Positions 6,594 through 14,208 of a stretch of DNA of 34,207 nt are shown here, piece after piece. Source of the stretch: a virus (taxonomy: Duplodnaviria; Caudoviricetes); the IMG/VR virus record IMGVR_UViG_3300037631_000644, positions 1 through 34,207 of that record. One strand, 5' to 3'. The translations under genes and the position numbers were made by a program. Below the pieces are notes generated by a model. That model was not told the DNA's origin. It saw nothing but the letters and a program-made list of their open reading frames with translations, and searched no databases. Position 1 is the stretch's first letter. Each line of letters starts with the position of its first letter.

Positions 6594-6959
6594 ATGAGAG
6601 TAGAAGTATACTTCAACCTGCACAAAAAACTATTCAGTGTGCGTGACTGCCATACAGGGCGTGTGATCAAGCACACCAATGATGTCACCATATACAATCC
6701 TAAGTTTGTAGTGCGTAAGGCTGGGCGTTTACGGGTACTGCGTGAACGTAAGAAGAACGTACATGCTTTCGTTAGAGGTGAGCTTATGGGCTACGAAGAC
6801 ATGTCATACTCACCTGAGTTGTACACAGATGTAACGTACAACCCATACAAGTATAGTAGCTTCGTAAATAAACACTCTGAAGAGACTGTTGACAATGCAC
6901 AGATAGCTGTGCTATCAACTAACTCTGATGAAGGTACAACTATGAGGGCTTTACTATGA
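6594..6959 (+). CDS. Conserved phage hypothetical protein (VYFNLH...KKNVHAFVRG...YNPY family)
   Basis: AGGAGAG SD; motif widespread in phages. Confidence 0.85.
   Translation: MRVEVYFNLHKKLFSVRDCHTGRVIKHTNDVTIYNPKFVVRKAGRLRVLRERKKNVHAFVRGELMGYEDMSYSPELYTDVTYNPYKYSSFVNKHSEETVDNAQIAVLSTNSDEGTTMRALL
6889..6918 (+). promoter_or_regulatory. Possible internal sigma70 promoter
   Basis: TTGACA-N18-TATCAA with TGn extension. Confidence 0.4.
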
Positions 6960-7246
6960 TGACAGAAGTAGACGAAGACACTCGCTATCTATGCGAGAAC
7001 GTAAATGGTGAGTGGCACTTGATTACTGCCACCACCTCTGAGTATAGTGGCAAGCTCATGCTAGGTATACTTGAGAGTACATACCCTATGGCTTGGTTCG
7101 ATCTACTCTCGGACCGTCCGATGGTAAGACTTGATGAGGTTGACTATGAGACATTCTATGCTTATAGGTTAGACCTACTACGGCCTACCAAGAAACCCAA
7201 GGCTAAGCTAATTGTAATTGATGGAGGTAAAGACAATGACAACTAA
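6956..7246 (+). CDS. Hypothetical protein ending in a LIVIDGGK motif
   Basis: ATGA overlap; GAGG SD. Confidence 0.75.
   Translation: MMTEVDEDTRYLCENVNGEWHLITATTSEYSGKLMLGILESTYPMAWFDLLSDRPMVRLDEVDYETFYAYRLDLLRPTKKPKAKLIVIDGGKDNDN
7102..7121 (+). repeat. Early-region palindromic element, copy 5 (intragenic)
   Basis: TCTACTCTCGGACCGTCCGA inside 6956..7246. Confidence 0.85.
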
Positions 7247-7589
7247 GAACCTACTAGGTAAGTCCCGCCCACAAGATAAACCATACGCTGTATTCAAAGG
7301 GTATGGCCCCTTTGGTGAGACAGAGATGCGCTTACTCAAGACCTACCAACGTCCCGACAAAGAGAAGTCTAACAAGTATGCACGTTGGTTCGTTGCAGTT
7401 AAGACAGACATGACGTATGGTTCCTTTGAGCTAGGCGATAGCTACATCAGTGAGGCTACCTATGGGTTGACCTTGACATGGGCTGACCCCTTGTATAAAG
7501 AACAGTACTGGGATAGTAACTACACCAAGGTAGATACTGATACCTTTACGCAAGAAGACGCAGACCTATTGCAACAACTAGGATTATAA
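7236..7589 (+). CDS. Hypothetical early protein
   Basis: Start at ATG 7236 after GGAGGT SD. Confidence 0.8.
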   Translation: MTTKNLLGKSRPQDKPYAVFKGYGPFGETEMRLLKTYQRPDKEKSNKYARWFVAVKTDMTYGSFELGDSYISEATYGLTLTWADPLYKEQYWDSNYTKVDTDTFTQEDADLLQQLGL

Positions 7590-7593
7590 CGCT

Positions 7594-7722
7594 ATGACTA
7601 ATGCACTTAACTTGAAGATCCTTTCTATGTGTGAGAAGATCTTACCTGACACCAAGATGAAGAACAACAAAGAACTAATATCCTTACTATCAGAAATTCG
7701 CAACCAACTGGAGACTAAATAA
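7594..7722 (+). CDS. Small hypothetical protein (42 aa, MTNALNLKILSMCEK...)
   Basis: Hand-translated; fills the gap exactly; AGGA upstream. Confidence 0.55.
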   Translation: MTNALNLKILSMCEKILPDTKMKNNKELISLLSEIRNQLETK

Positions 7723-7723
7723 T

Positions 7724-7948
7724 ATGTTCGTATGTATCGCAACCAAACCGCTCAACGATGGCACTCGAGGCTTCCGCTTCAACCTTGTAGGCTTCAAAGG
7801 TCTGACCCGTAAGCGTCAGTCTAAGAAGCGCTACGGTGTACAGCGTGGCTCTTGCATGACAGCCTTGCACCTTGGCAAGCGCAGCGTGTACCTTGAGAAG
7901 ACACTCAACAAGCTAGGCTCACGCCGTGTACGTCACTTCGCTGGCTAA
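7724..7948 (+). CDS. Small Arg/Lys-rich protein
   Basis: GGAG SD; 74 aa. Confidence 0.75.
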   Translation: MFVCIATKPLNDGTRGFRFNLVGFKGLTRKRQSKKRYGVQRGSCMTALHLGKRSVYLEKTLNKLGSRRVRHFAG

Positions 7949-7952
7949 CTTA

Positions 7953-7978
7953 GTGGGGCTTCGGCCCCGCCTTACTTC
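7953..7978 (+). terminator. cUUCGg hairpin (weak terminator or mRNA stabiliser)
   Basis: GTGGGGC-TTCG-GCCCCGC, poor U-tract. Confidence 0.55.
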
Positions 7979-7994
7979 ATAGGAGAGTAATACA

Positions 7995-8267
7995 ATGACT
8001 AATAAGACAATCAAAACAGAACTAACCCGTGACGAAGTACTTAAACTACTGGAAGTATACACCTGTATGGACAGCATGGTAGATGATACATTGGAGATGA
8101 TGGATGTGCGGATGACACAACTCAGTGACCTGCGTGATAAGGCATACACATTAAAACATATGTTTGACTTCCGTCCTACTGTAGATGATGATGGTAATCC
8201 TAACCACTGGAAACCATGCGTACTACCTGATGATCCTACCGCATGGTACTACGAGAAAGGAGAATAA
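7995..8267 (+). CDS. Hypothetical protein
   Basis: AGGAGAG SD; 90 aa. Confidence 0.8.
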   Translation: MTNKTIKTELTRDEVLKLLEVYTCMDSMVDDTLEMMDVRMTQLSDLRDKAYTLKHMFDFRPTVDDDGNPNHWKPCVLPDDPTAWYYEKGE

Positions 8268-8269
8268 CT

Positions 8270-8464
8270 ATGACCCAGGAAGAACGAGACCTATTCATTG
8301 CAGAGCACTTGCTCCCTATCAATGAGGAGTATAACCGTGTGTCTAAGGCAGTGGATGACTATGAGTGGGAGGGTGAGTACTTGATGGCTGACTTCCACCG
8401 TGAAGAGCTACGCCACATTGACGCACTCAAAGCAGAGGGGGATCTATATGTTCCACGTTTTTAA
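8270..8464 (+). CDS. Small acidic hypothetical protein
   Basis: Start ATG 8270 after AAGGAG SD. Confidence 0.75.
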   Translation: MTQEERDLFIAEHLLPINEEYNRVSKAVDDYEWEGEYLMADFHREELRHIDALKAEGDLYVPRF

Positions 8465-8525
8465 AGGTGCAGCTATGATAGTAATTGCGCTTGTAGTTGT
8501 TGGAGTTGGGACAGGAGTATTATGA
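8448..8525 (+). CDS. 25-aa single-TM peptide (MFHVFKGAAMIVIALVVVGVGTGVL)
   Basis: GAGGGGG SD; stop abuts the next ATG at 8526. Confidence 0.5.
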   Translation: MFHVFKGAAMIVIALVVVGVGTGVL

Positions 8526-8765
8526 ATGAGGAAGATCCGCATGATGATGTCACGGGTTGGGTTGGTAAACTACCTGTGTCGAGTGACACTGGCGATGAGC
8601 ATCCTAGTGAACGTGTTGCTAGGAGGCCACAGTTACCAGACAATCGCAGCAAGAAACCTACAGAGGATGCGTGATAATAAGTTAAACTTGGTTTGGCTAC
8701 TTGACTTTATCTACGGAGATTGTCATAGTGTTAAACTCTGGATAGATTGGAGAGGTAGGAGATGA
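8526..8765 (+). CDS. Hypothetical membrane-associated protein
   Basis: AGGAG SD; hydrophobic stretch; ATGA overlap with integrase. Confidence 0.65.
   Translation: MRKIRMMMSRVGLVNYLCRVTLAMSILVNVLLGGHSYQTIAARNLQRMRDNKLNLVWLLDFIYGDCHSVKLWIDWRGRR
8701..8729 (+). promoter_or_regulatory. sigma70-type promoter for the integrase/replication operon
   Basis: TTGACT-N17-CATAGT with TGn extension, 33 bp upstream of the integrase start. Confidence 0.55.
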
Positions 8766-9691
8766 TTGTAATGCGACACAACAAGGTAGACCTTAAGCCT
8801 AACACTAAGCTACGTGATGCTGTGTCGCAGTACACCCGTAGTTCTAAGTTCGCTCAACTATCGGGTGCAGTACAGGCTAAGTATGACAGTACACTACAGC
8901 GTGTGTGTTCTACCAAGGTACAGAACGGCGCTGAGTTAGGTAACATCAAGCTGTCTGACATCAGGTTCAAGCACGTAACGTATGCCTACGATAGGTGGAC
9001 TGATAACAATGGCCCATCTGCGGCTAACTATATGGCTACATGCCTGAGCATCGTACTCAACACAGCTATACGTCACGAAGCTATACTGGCTAACCCTGTG
9101 TCACAGCTACAGCGTAAGACAGAGAAGCCTCGCAGAGTTAAGTGGGCCAAGGATGACGTCAAGTCTTTCCTTACTACGGCATACTCTGAGTGGCGCTGGC
9201 GTAGCATAGGCTTGATACTACACATGGCATACGAGTGGGGTCAACGCATAGGTGACATGCGCCTACTCAAGTGGGAGGACATTGACTTTGATGCACAGCG
9301 TGTTGACATCACACAGTCTAAGCGTGGCGCTGAGGTACACCTACCCATACCAGATGAACTGTTAGCTATGCTTGAGGCACAGCGTGTAGACTTTGGCTTC
9401 CAGGCTTATGTAGCACCACGGGTCAAGCCTAACCACAGTGGGTACAGCCCTTACACTGCCATTGAGATACACACACAGGTCAACAACATAAAAGCTAAGG
9501 CTGGCCTTGACCCTAAGCTACAAGCTAGAGACCTACGCCGTACTGCTATCACTGAGATGGCTGAGGCAGGGGTGGATCTTGTAGGTATCATGCAGGTAAG
9601 TGGACACCAGAACCCTAACAGTGTTAAGCCTTACCTAGTCAATACATTCAGTGGTGCATCAGCTGCACTATCAAAGAGGAAGGGTAACTAA
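8762..9691 (+). CDS. int: Tyrosine recombinase / phage integrase
   Basis: GQRIGD (Arg I), QSKRG (Lys), RDLRRT (HxxR box variant), SGHQ and catalytic Tyr in VKPY. Confidence 0.9.
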   Translation: MIVMRHNKVDLKPNTKLRDAVSQYTRSSKFAQLSGAVQAKYDSTLQRVCSTKVQNGAELGNIKLSDIRFKHVTYAYDRWTDNNGPSAANYMATCLSIVLNTAIRHEAILANPVSQLQRKTEKPRRVKWAKDDVKSFLTTAYSEWRWRSIGLILHMAYEWGQRIGDMRLLKWEDIDFDAQRVDITQSKRGAEVHLPIPDELLAMLEAQRVDFGFQAYVAPRVKPNHSGYSPYTAIEIHTQVNNIKAKAGLDPKLQARDLRRTAITEMAEAGVDLVGIMQVSGHQNPNSVKPYLVNTFSGASAALSKRKGN

Positions 9692-10197
9692 TGAAAACCT
9701 GTAGCATATGTAGAGTAGAGAAACCTCTGACGGATTTCTTTAAGCGTAAACAGAACAAGGTTGACGGTAGAAAGTCCTACTGTAAGCCATGCAATAAAGT
9801 GTATGACGCTACTAAACGTGAAGAGAACCTAGAAGTATTCAAGGCTAGATGTAATGACTGGAAGAGCCGTAACAAAGACTATCGCCGTGCATATGATACT
9901 ATGTACAAAGGTAAAACTAAAAAACAGATACCTCTATTTCTACGGGGGTGTACTGTAGAAGAGAAGAGGATCAAAGACATATTTAAACTAAAGGGTTTGA
10001 TGTCAGTAATCACAGGTGTACCACATCAAGTAGATCATATGTGGCCCTTAGCGGATGGTGGTCCACACTGGAGCGGTAACATGCAGATACTCACAGCTAC
10101 TGAGAATAGAAAGAAGTGGGCTACTGTTGACCCTGAGGTCAAGCGTAATATACAGAAGTCTCTTGAGGAGGAGAGGTTAGCATATGAACATACGTGA
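9691..10197 (+). CDS. HNH endonuclease with N-terminal zinc finger (probable homing endonuclease)
   Basis: CSIC...CKPC; HQVDHMWPLADGGPHWSGNMQILTATENRKK. Confidence 0.85.
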   Translation: MKTCSICRVEKPLTDFFKRKQNKVDGRKSYCKPCNKVYDATKREENLEVFKARCNDWKSRNKDYRRAYDTMYKGKTKKQIPLFLRGCTVEEKRIKDIFKLKGLMSVITGVPHQVDHMWPLADGGPHWSGNMQILTATENRKKWATVDPEVKRNIQKSLEEERLAYEHT

Positions 10198-10972
10198 TTA
10201 CCTAGATGGACTAGACATAGGTGACGGTGACTCAGTGCGTATGGACTGCCCATCGTGCCGCTCACGTAACACCTTCTCGTGCTTCAAGGATGGCGGTGAC
10301 TACGTGTACAACTGCTTCAAGCTAAGCTGTGGTTTGCGTGGCGCATACAGTACTAACATGACAGCTGCAGAGATTAAGTTACGCATGAGTAAGACAGAAC
10401 CTAGTAAGAACAAAGAGATACAAGCACTAGTTTATCCAGAATATGTAGTGCAGCCTACCTCAGATCACGTTTTGTTACAGAGCTTTATCGCTAAGTATGA
10501 CCTGCAACATGAGGGTTTGATGTACGATGTGAAGGATAGACGGGCAGTGTTTCCTATACACTACAAGGGTAAACTCATTGATGCTGTAGGCCGTGCGCTT
10601 GATGGTGCTATACCTAAGTGGTATCGCTACAGTGGCAAGGCTGACTACTTCACTAAGCGTACCAACTCCAAGGCTGATGTGGCTGTGGTAGTTGAGGATG
10701 TCATCAGTGCGATAAAAGTATCACACTTTATGCCCAGCGCAGTAGGGTTTGCTATCCTTGGTACATCTATAGGTGTGACAATTATGCAACAGCTAGGACA
10801 ATTCAGTAAGGTGATCGTAGCGTTAGACAGGGACGCAGTACACAAGACCTTGCAATACAAACGAGAGGTAGAGCTTTGGACAGGCTTACCCACCAAGGCT
10901 TTACTACTTGACGATGACATCAAGTATGGTGTACAAGAGGATATAATTAGACTTAAGGAGATGGTACTATGA
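10184..10972 (+). CDS. DNA primase (zinc ribbon + TOPRIM)
   Basis: CPSC...NCFKLSC; VVEDVISA; ALDRDA; DDIK. Confidence 0.88.
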   Translation: MNIRDYLDGLDIGDGDSVRMDCPSCRSRNTFSCFKDGGDYVYNCFKLSCGLRGAYSTNMTAAEIKLRMSKTEPSKNKEIQALVYPEYVVQPTSDHVLLQSFIAKYDLQHEGLMYDVKDRRAVFPIHYKGKLIDAVGRALDGAIPKWYRYSGKADYFTKRTNSKADVAVVVEDVISAIKVSHFMPSAVGFAILGTSIGVTIMQQLGQFSKVIVALDRDAVHKTLQYKREVELWTGLPTKALLLDDDIKYGVQEDIIRLKEMVL

Positions 10973-11148
10973 ACACAATATGGTTACTAGTATGGTTTGT
11001 CTTTGTACCTGAGATGGGCATAGAGTATTACCACTTAGGTACATATGAGAACGAGACCTTCTGTGCTACTGCACTCAGAGATGCAGCAGTTATGGTCAAC
11101 GATAAGAATGAAACAGTAGAATGTATTGGGGTACAGGTAGATGATTAG
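10969..11148 (+). CDS. Small Cys-containing protein with hydrophobic N-terminus (59 aa)
   Basis: Hand-translated MNTIWLLVWFVFVPEMG...; AAGGAG SD; ATGA overlap. Confidence 0.65.
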   Translation: MNTIWLLVWFVFVPEMGIEYYHLGTYENETFCATALRDAAVMVNDKNETVECIGVQVDD

Positions 11149-11794
11149 AGCAACCTATATTGACCACATGGGTAGTGACTTAACTGTAGCTAACGCTGCC
11201 CGTGTATCCTTTGGCAAGACCAGCGAGATGGAAGACGATCCGTGGGGGCCACCAAAGCTAAAGAAGAAAGACGATAAGCTGATACGTTACCTCGCCAAGC
11301 ACAAGCACATCAGCCCCTTTGGTCACTGCTTTGCCAGCTTCCACGTTAAGGCTCCGATCTTCGTGGCACGGCAGCTAGTCAAGCATAAGTTCCTACGCTG
11401 GAATGAGATAAGCCGTAGGTATGTCGATGATGAGCCTGAGTTCTATGAGCCTTCAGTGTGGCGTGGACGCAGTGCCGACAAGAAGCAGGGTAGTGACGGT
11501 GTTGTAAATGTAGTATTAGATCAAGAGGTACAGTGGCACAGGCAGCTTTCTACCTACAAGACTTTACTGTTTGAGGGTGTAGCCCCTGAGCAAGCACGTA
11601 TGGTACTGCCACAGTCTACTATGACTGAGTGGTACTGGTCAGGTAGTCTTGATGCCTTCGCTGACATGTGTCGCTTACGTTGTGCCAGTGACACACAATA
11701 CGAGACAAGGTTAGTCGCAGATAACATTAGTAATACAATGTCTGAGTTGTTCCCTGTATCTTGGGATGCACTGACGGAGGATGGTGATGACTAA
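11141..11794 (+). CDS. thyX: Flavin-dependent thymidylate synthase
   Basis: NAARVS, HISPF, RQLVKHK-X7-[15 protein letters not shown]...QYETR. Confidence 0.95.
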   Translation: MIRATYIDHMGSDLTVANAARVSFGKTSEMEDDPWGPPKLKKKDDKLIRYLAKHKHISPFGHCFASFHVKAPIFVARQLVKHKFLRWNEISRRYVDDEPEFYEPSVWRGRSADKKQGSDGVVNVVLDQEVQWHRQLSTYKTLLFEGVAPEQARMVLPQSTMTEWYWSGSLDAFADMCRLRCASDTQYETRLVADNISNTMSELFPVSWDALTEDGDD

Positions 11795-11999
11795 ACTGTA
11801 TGACTTAGAGCCAATGATCTTGGACTGTTGGCGTGTATGTAATGACCTTGAGACAGTGTTCAAACAGATAGGTGATGGTGAGCGTGAGCCTACGCATGAC
11901 GAGATGATGAACTCCTTGATGGGTATGCAGCAACTATACGAGTGGAAGTTTGAACAGTTGTTCTTTAAGTACGAGGAGATATGCCGTGACAGACAATGA
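11787..11999 (+). CDS. Hypothetical protein
   Basis: ATG 11787 after GGAGG. Confidence 0.75.
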   Translation: MTKLYDLEPMILDCWRVCNDLETVFKQIGDGEREPTHDEMMNSLMGMQQLYEWKFEQLFFKYEEICRDRQ

Positions 12000-12108
12000 G
12001 TGGCCCTTAGAGGCAGACTTCACAGACATTAGACCTATGACACCTGAAGAACGTAAGGCTGCACAGGAACGTGACGCAAAGAATGGTAAGAGCAATGATA
12101 AAGAGTGA
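11986..12108 (+). CDS. Small hypothetical protein (40 aa, GTG start)
   Basis: GAGGAG SD; fills the gap. Confidence 0.5.
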   Translation: MTDNEWPLEADFTDIRPMTPEERKAAQERDAKNGKSNDKE

Positions 12109-12436
12109 ATGGAATAGGCTACTAGCAGAAGAGCAAGCACACAAGGATAGCGTAATGAGAGATCACGAGTTTAGTGACACAGTATTAGCAGAACATACAT
12201 CAGACATCGTGAATGAGCCTAAGCACTATGCACGGTGGGACATTGAGCCTATCACGTACATCATGCGTAATGGCTTTGACTTCTGGCGTGGCAACATTAT
12301 TAAGTACGCCAGTCGTGCAGGCTACAAGATGTACGAGGGTAAGACGCAGGTGGAAAGCGAGATCATTGACTTGGAGAAAGTCCAACGCTATTGTCAGATG
12401 CGTATCAACCAACTAAACGGAGAGGAGAAGTTATGA
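12095..12436 (+). CDS. DUF3310 / T7 gp1.7-like putative nucleotide kinase
   Basis: VNEPKHY...IEPITYI...FWRGNIIKYASRAGYK...DLEK; start uncertain. Confidence 0.8.
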   Translation: MIKSEWNRLLAEEQAHKDSVMRDHEFSDTVLAEHTSDIVNEPKHYARWDIEPITYIMRNGFDFWRGNIIKYASRAGYKMYEGKTQVESEIIDLEKVQRYCQMRINQLNGEEKL

Positions 12437-12561
12437 TACCTGTAGGTCAACTAAGATTGTTACTCACTAAGGCTGGGCTAGAGTATGTTATCACTCGTGT
12501 TGAGGGTAACGTAGCACACGTTAATATCCTAGTAGATGGGGAGTTAAATGTACAGCGTTGA
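12433..12561 (+). CDS. Small hypothetical protein (42 aa)
   Basis: GAGGAG SD; ATGA overlap. Confidence 0.6.
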   Translation: MIPVGQLRLLLTKAGLEYVITRVEGNVAHVNILVDGELNVQR

Positions 12562-12790
12562 GTTTGAGCATGACATTGCTATCGTTACTAGTATAGATGA
12601 GCATGATGAGTATGAGGACTTGGAGGTGGTGCTTGCTGATGAGGGTACGGTATACCTCAGGCAGTATGACGAATCATACAAGAGCTATCAGCTTATCGTA
12701 ATATCGTATCAACAATTACTAGACTTAATTACCTCACTAGATCAGACAGAAGGTATGTTTAAGCTACAACCTATAAAGGGAACACGATGA
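12548..12790 (+). CDS. Acidic hypothetical protein
   Basis: GGGGAG SD; 80 aa. Confidence 0.75.
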   Translation: MYSVEFEHDIAIVTSIDEHDEYEDLEVVLADEGTVYLRQYDESYKSYQLIVISYQQLLDLITSLDQTEGMFKLQPIKGTR

Positions 12791-12972
12791 TAGAGTACAT
12801 TTACGGAGCAGCTACTATGTATGCATTGGGTGCTATCCTTATGCTTAACGTAACAGATCCAGCTGATCCCCAAAGACCTAACGCACACATATGGTTCTCA
12901 TTGGGTTGGCCCTTGGCAGCTATCGTATCTATATACGAGTTACTTCGTTATGGATCAAGAGAGGACGATTAA
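12787..12972 (+). CDS. Small two-TM membrane protein
   Basis: ATGA overlap; hydrophobic, WP motif. Confidence 0.7.
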   Translation: MIEYIYGAATMYALGAILMLNVTDPADPQRPNAHIWFSLGWPLAAIVSIYELLRYGSREDD

Positions 12973-12973
12973 T

Positions 12974-14203
12974 ATGACAGAGACTGCACTACTACGTAAC
13001 CTAATGGACAAAGAGTTCTACGATAATCACAAGGGTATGCGTTGCCCTGATGCACTGTTCACCAAGGACATGCGTAAGATTAAGCAGGCTCTTGATCAGG
13101 CTATGGTGTTGTACGACAAGAGCATCACACCCTCTGAACTAGAGGCGCTGTTCTTTACAGCTAACCGCACAATGACTACAGCTAACAAGGAAGCATACTC
13201 TCACCTGTTTAAGCGCATTGAGGGTGAGTCACCTATGCATGAGGAGATTGCTACTGAGGTACTGTCTCGCTTGTTCCAGCAACACGTAGGTGAGTTGGTA
13301 ACTAACTTAGGGTTTAACTATGTTAACGGAGAGGAGAACAACCTAGAGAAGTTACGCAAGCTAGTCGAGGATTACAAGGATGACTTCACCCCTAACCTCA
13401 ACATCCAGTTCGAGGACATTGAGTTAGACACCATACTTGAGGGTATCCAGATAGAGACACAATGGAAGATGAACATCCCTAGTCTACGTGAGCGTGTCGA
13501 GGGTATCAGTGGAGGTCACTTAGTTATGGTAGGAGCACGGCCTAACACAGGCAAGACTACCTTCCATGCGTCCCTCATTGCATCGCCCAATGGCTTCGCT
13601 CATCAGGGTGCTAAGTGTTTGATCCTCACTAACGAGGAGAAGGCTGTGCGTGTAGCTGCACGTTACGTCCAAGCTTCCTCTGGTATGAACATCAAGCAGA
13701 TCACTGAGAACAAAGCACTGGCCCTGTCTCGTTACACTAAGGTCAAGCAGCAGATCCAACTAAAGGACAGTACAGGTAAGGACATGGCTTGGGTTGAGGC
13801 TGTAGTTAAGAGCTACAAGCCTGACATAGTAGTACTAGACATGGGTGACAAGTTCGCTAGCCGTACCTCTGATAAGTCGGATGTGTATCTAAAGGATGCA
13901 GCTATACATGCACGTAACATCGCTAAGATTTACAACTGTGCAGTGATATGGATGTCACAACTTAGCGCTGACGCTGAGGGTGTAGTGCAACCCAACATGT
14001 CTATGATGGAGGGCAGTAAGACAGGCAAGGCAGCAGAGGCAGACCTGATGGTACTGATCTCTAAGAACCGCCAAGTCGAGGGTGTAGATGAAGAAGAGGA
14101 CTTGACACGCTACTTAACTATAGCTAAGAACAAGCTAGATGGTGGGTGGCATGGACGTATTACTTGTGAACTGGATGGCGACATAGCACAGTACACAGCT
14201 TAG
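12974..14203 (+). CDS. Replicative DNA helicase (SF4, DnaB/T7 gp4-like)
   Basis: Walker A GARPNTGKT, NEE, IVVLD, MSQLS, AEAD, IAKNK; start at 12974 after GAGGA. Confidence 0.93.
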   Translation: MTETALLRNLMDKEFYDNHKGMRCPDALFTKDMRKIKQALDQAMVLYDKSITPSELEALFFTANRTMTTANKEAYSHLFKRIEGESPMHEEIATEVLSRLFQQHVGELVTNLGFNYVNGEENNLEKLRKLVEDYKDDFTPNLNIQFEDIELDTILEGIQIETQWKMNIPSLRERVEGISGGHLVMVGARPNTGKTTFHASLIASPNGFAHQGAKCLILTNEEKAVRVAARYVQASSGMNIKQITENKALALSRYTKVKQQIQLKDSTGKDMAWVEAVVKSYKPDIVVLDMGDKFASRTSDKSDVYLKDAAIHARNIAKIYNCAVIWMSQLSADAEGVVQPNMSMMEGSKTGKAAEADLMVLISKNRQVEGVDEEEDLTRYLTIAKNKLDGGWHGRITCELDGDIAQYTA

Positions 14204-14208
14204 GAGGG

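Noticed and set aside
4308-7121. CRISPR array interpretation of the palindromic repeats
   Set aside because: Spacing is 273-1482 bp and irregular, the intervals contain whole genes, and there is no cas operon
11380-11422. ThyX motif KHK instead of RHR as a sign of inactivation
   Set aside because: Conservative change; the catalytic Ser and other motifs are intact, and such variants occur in phage ThyX
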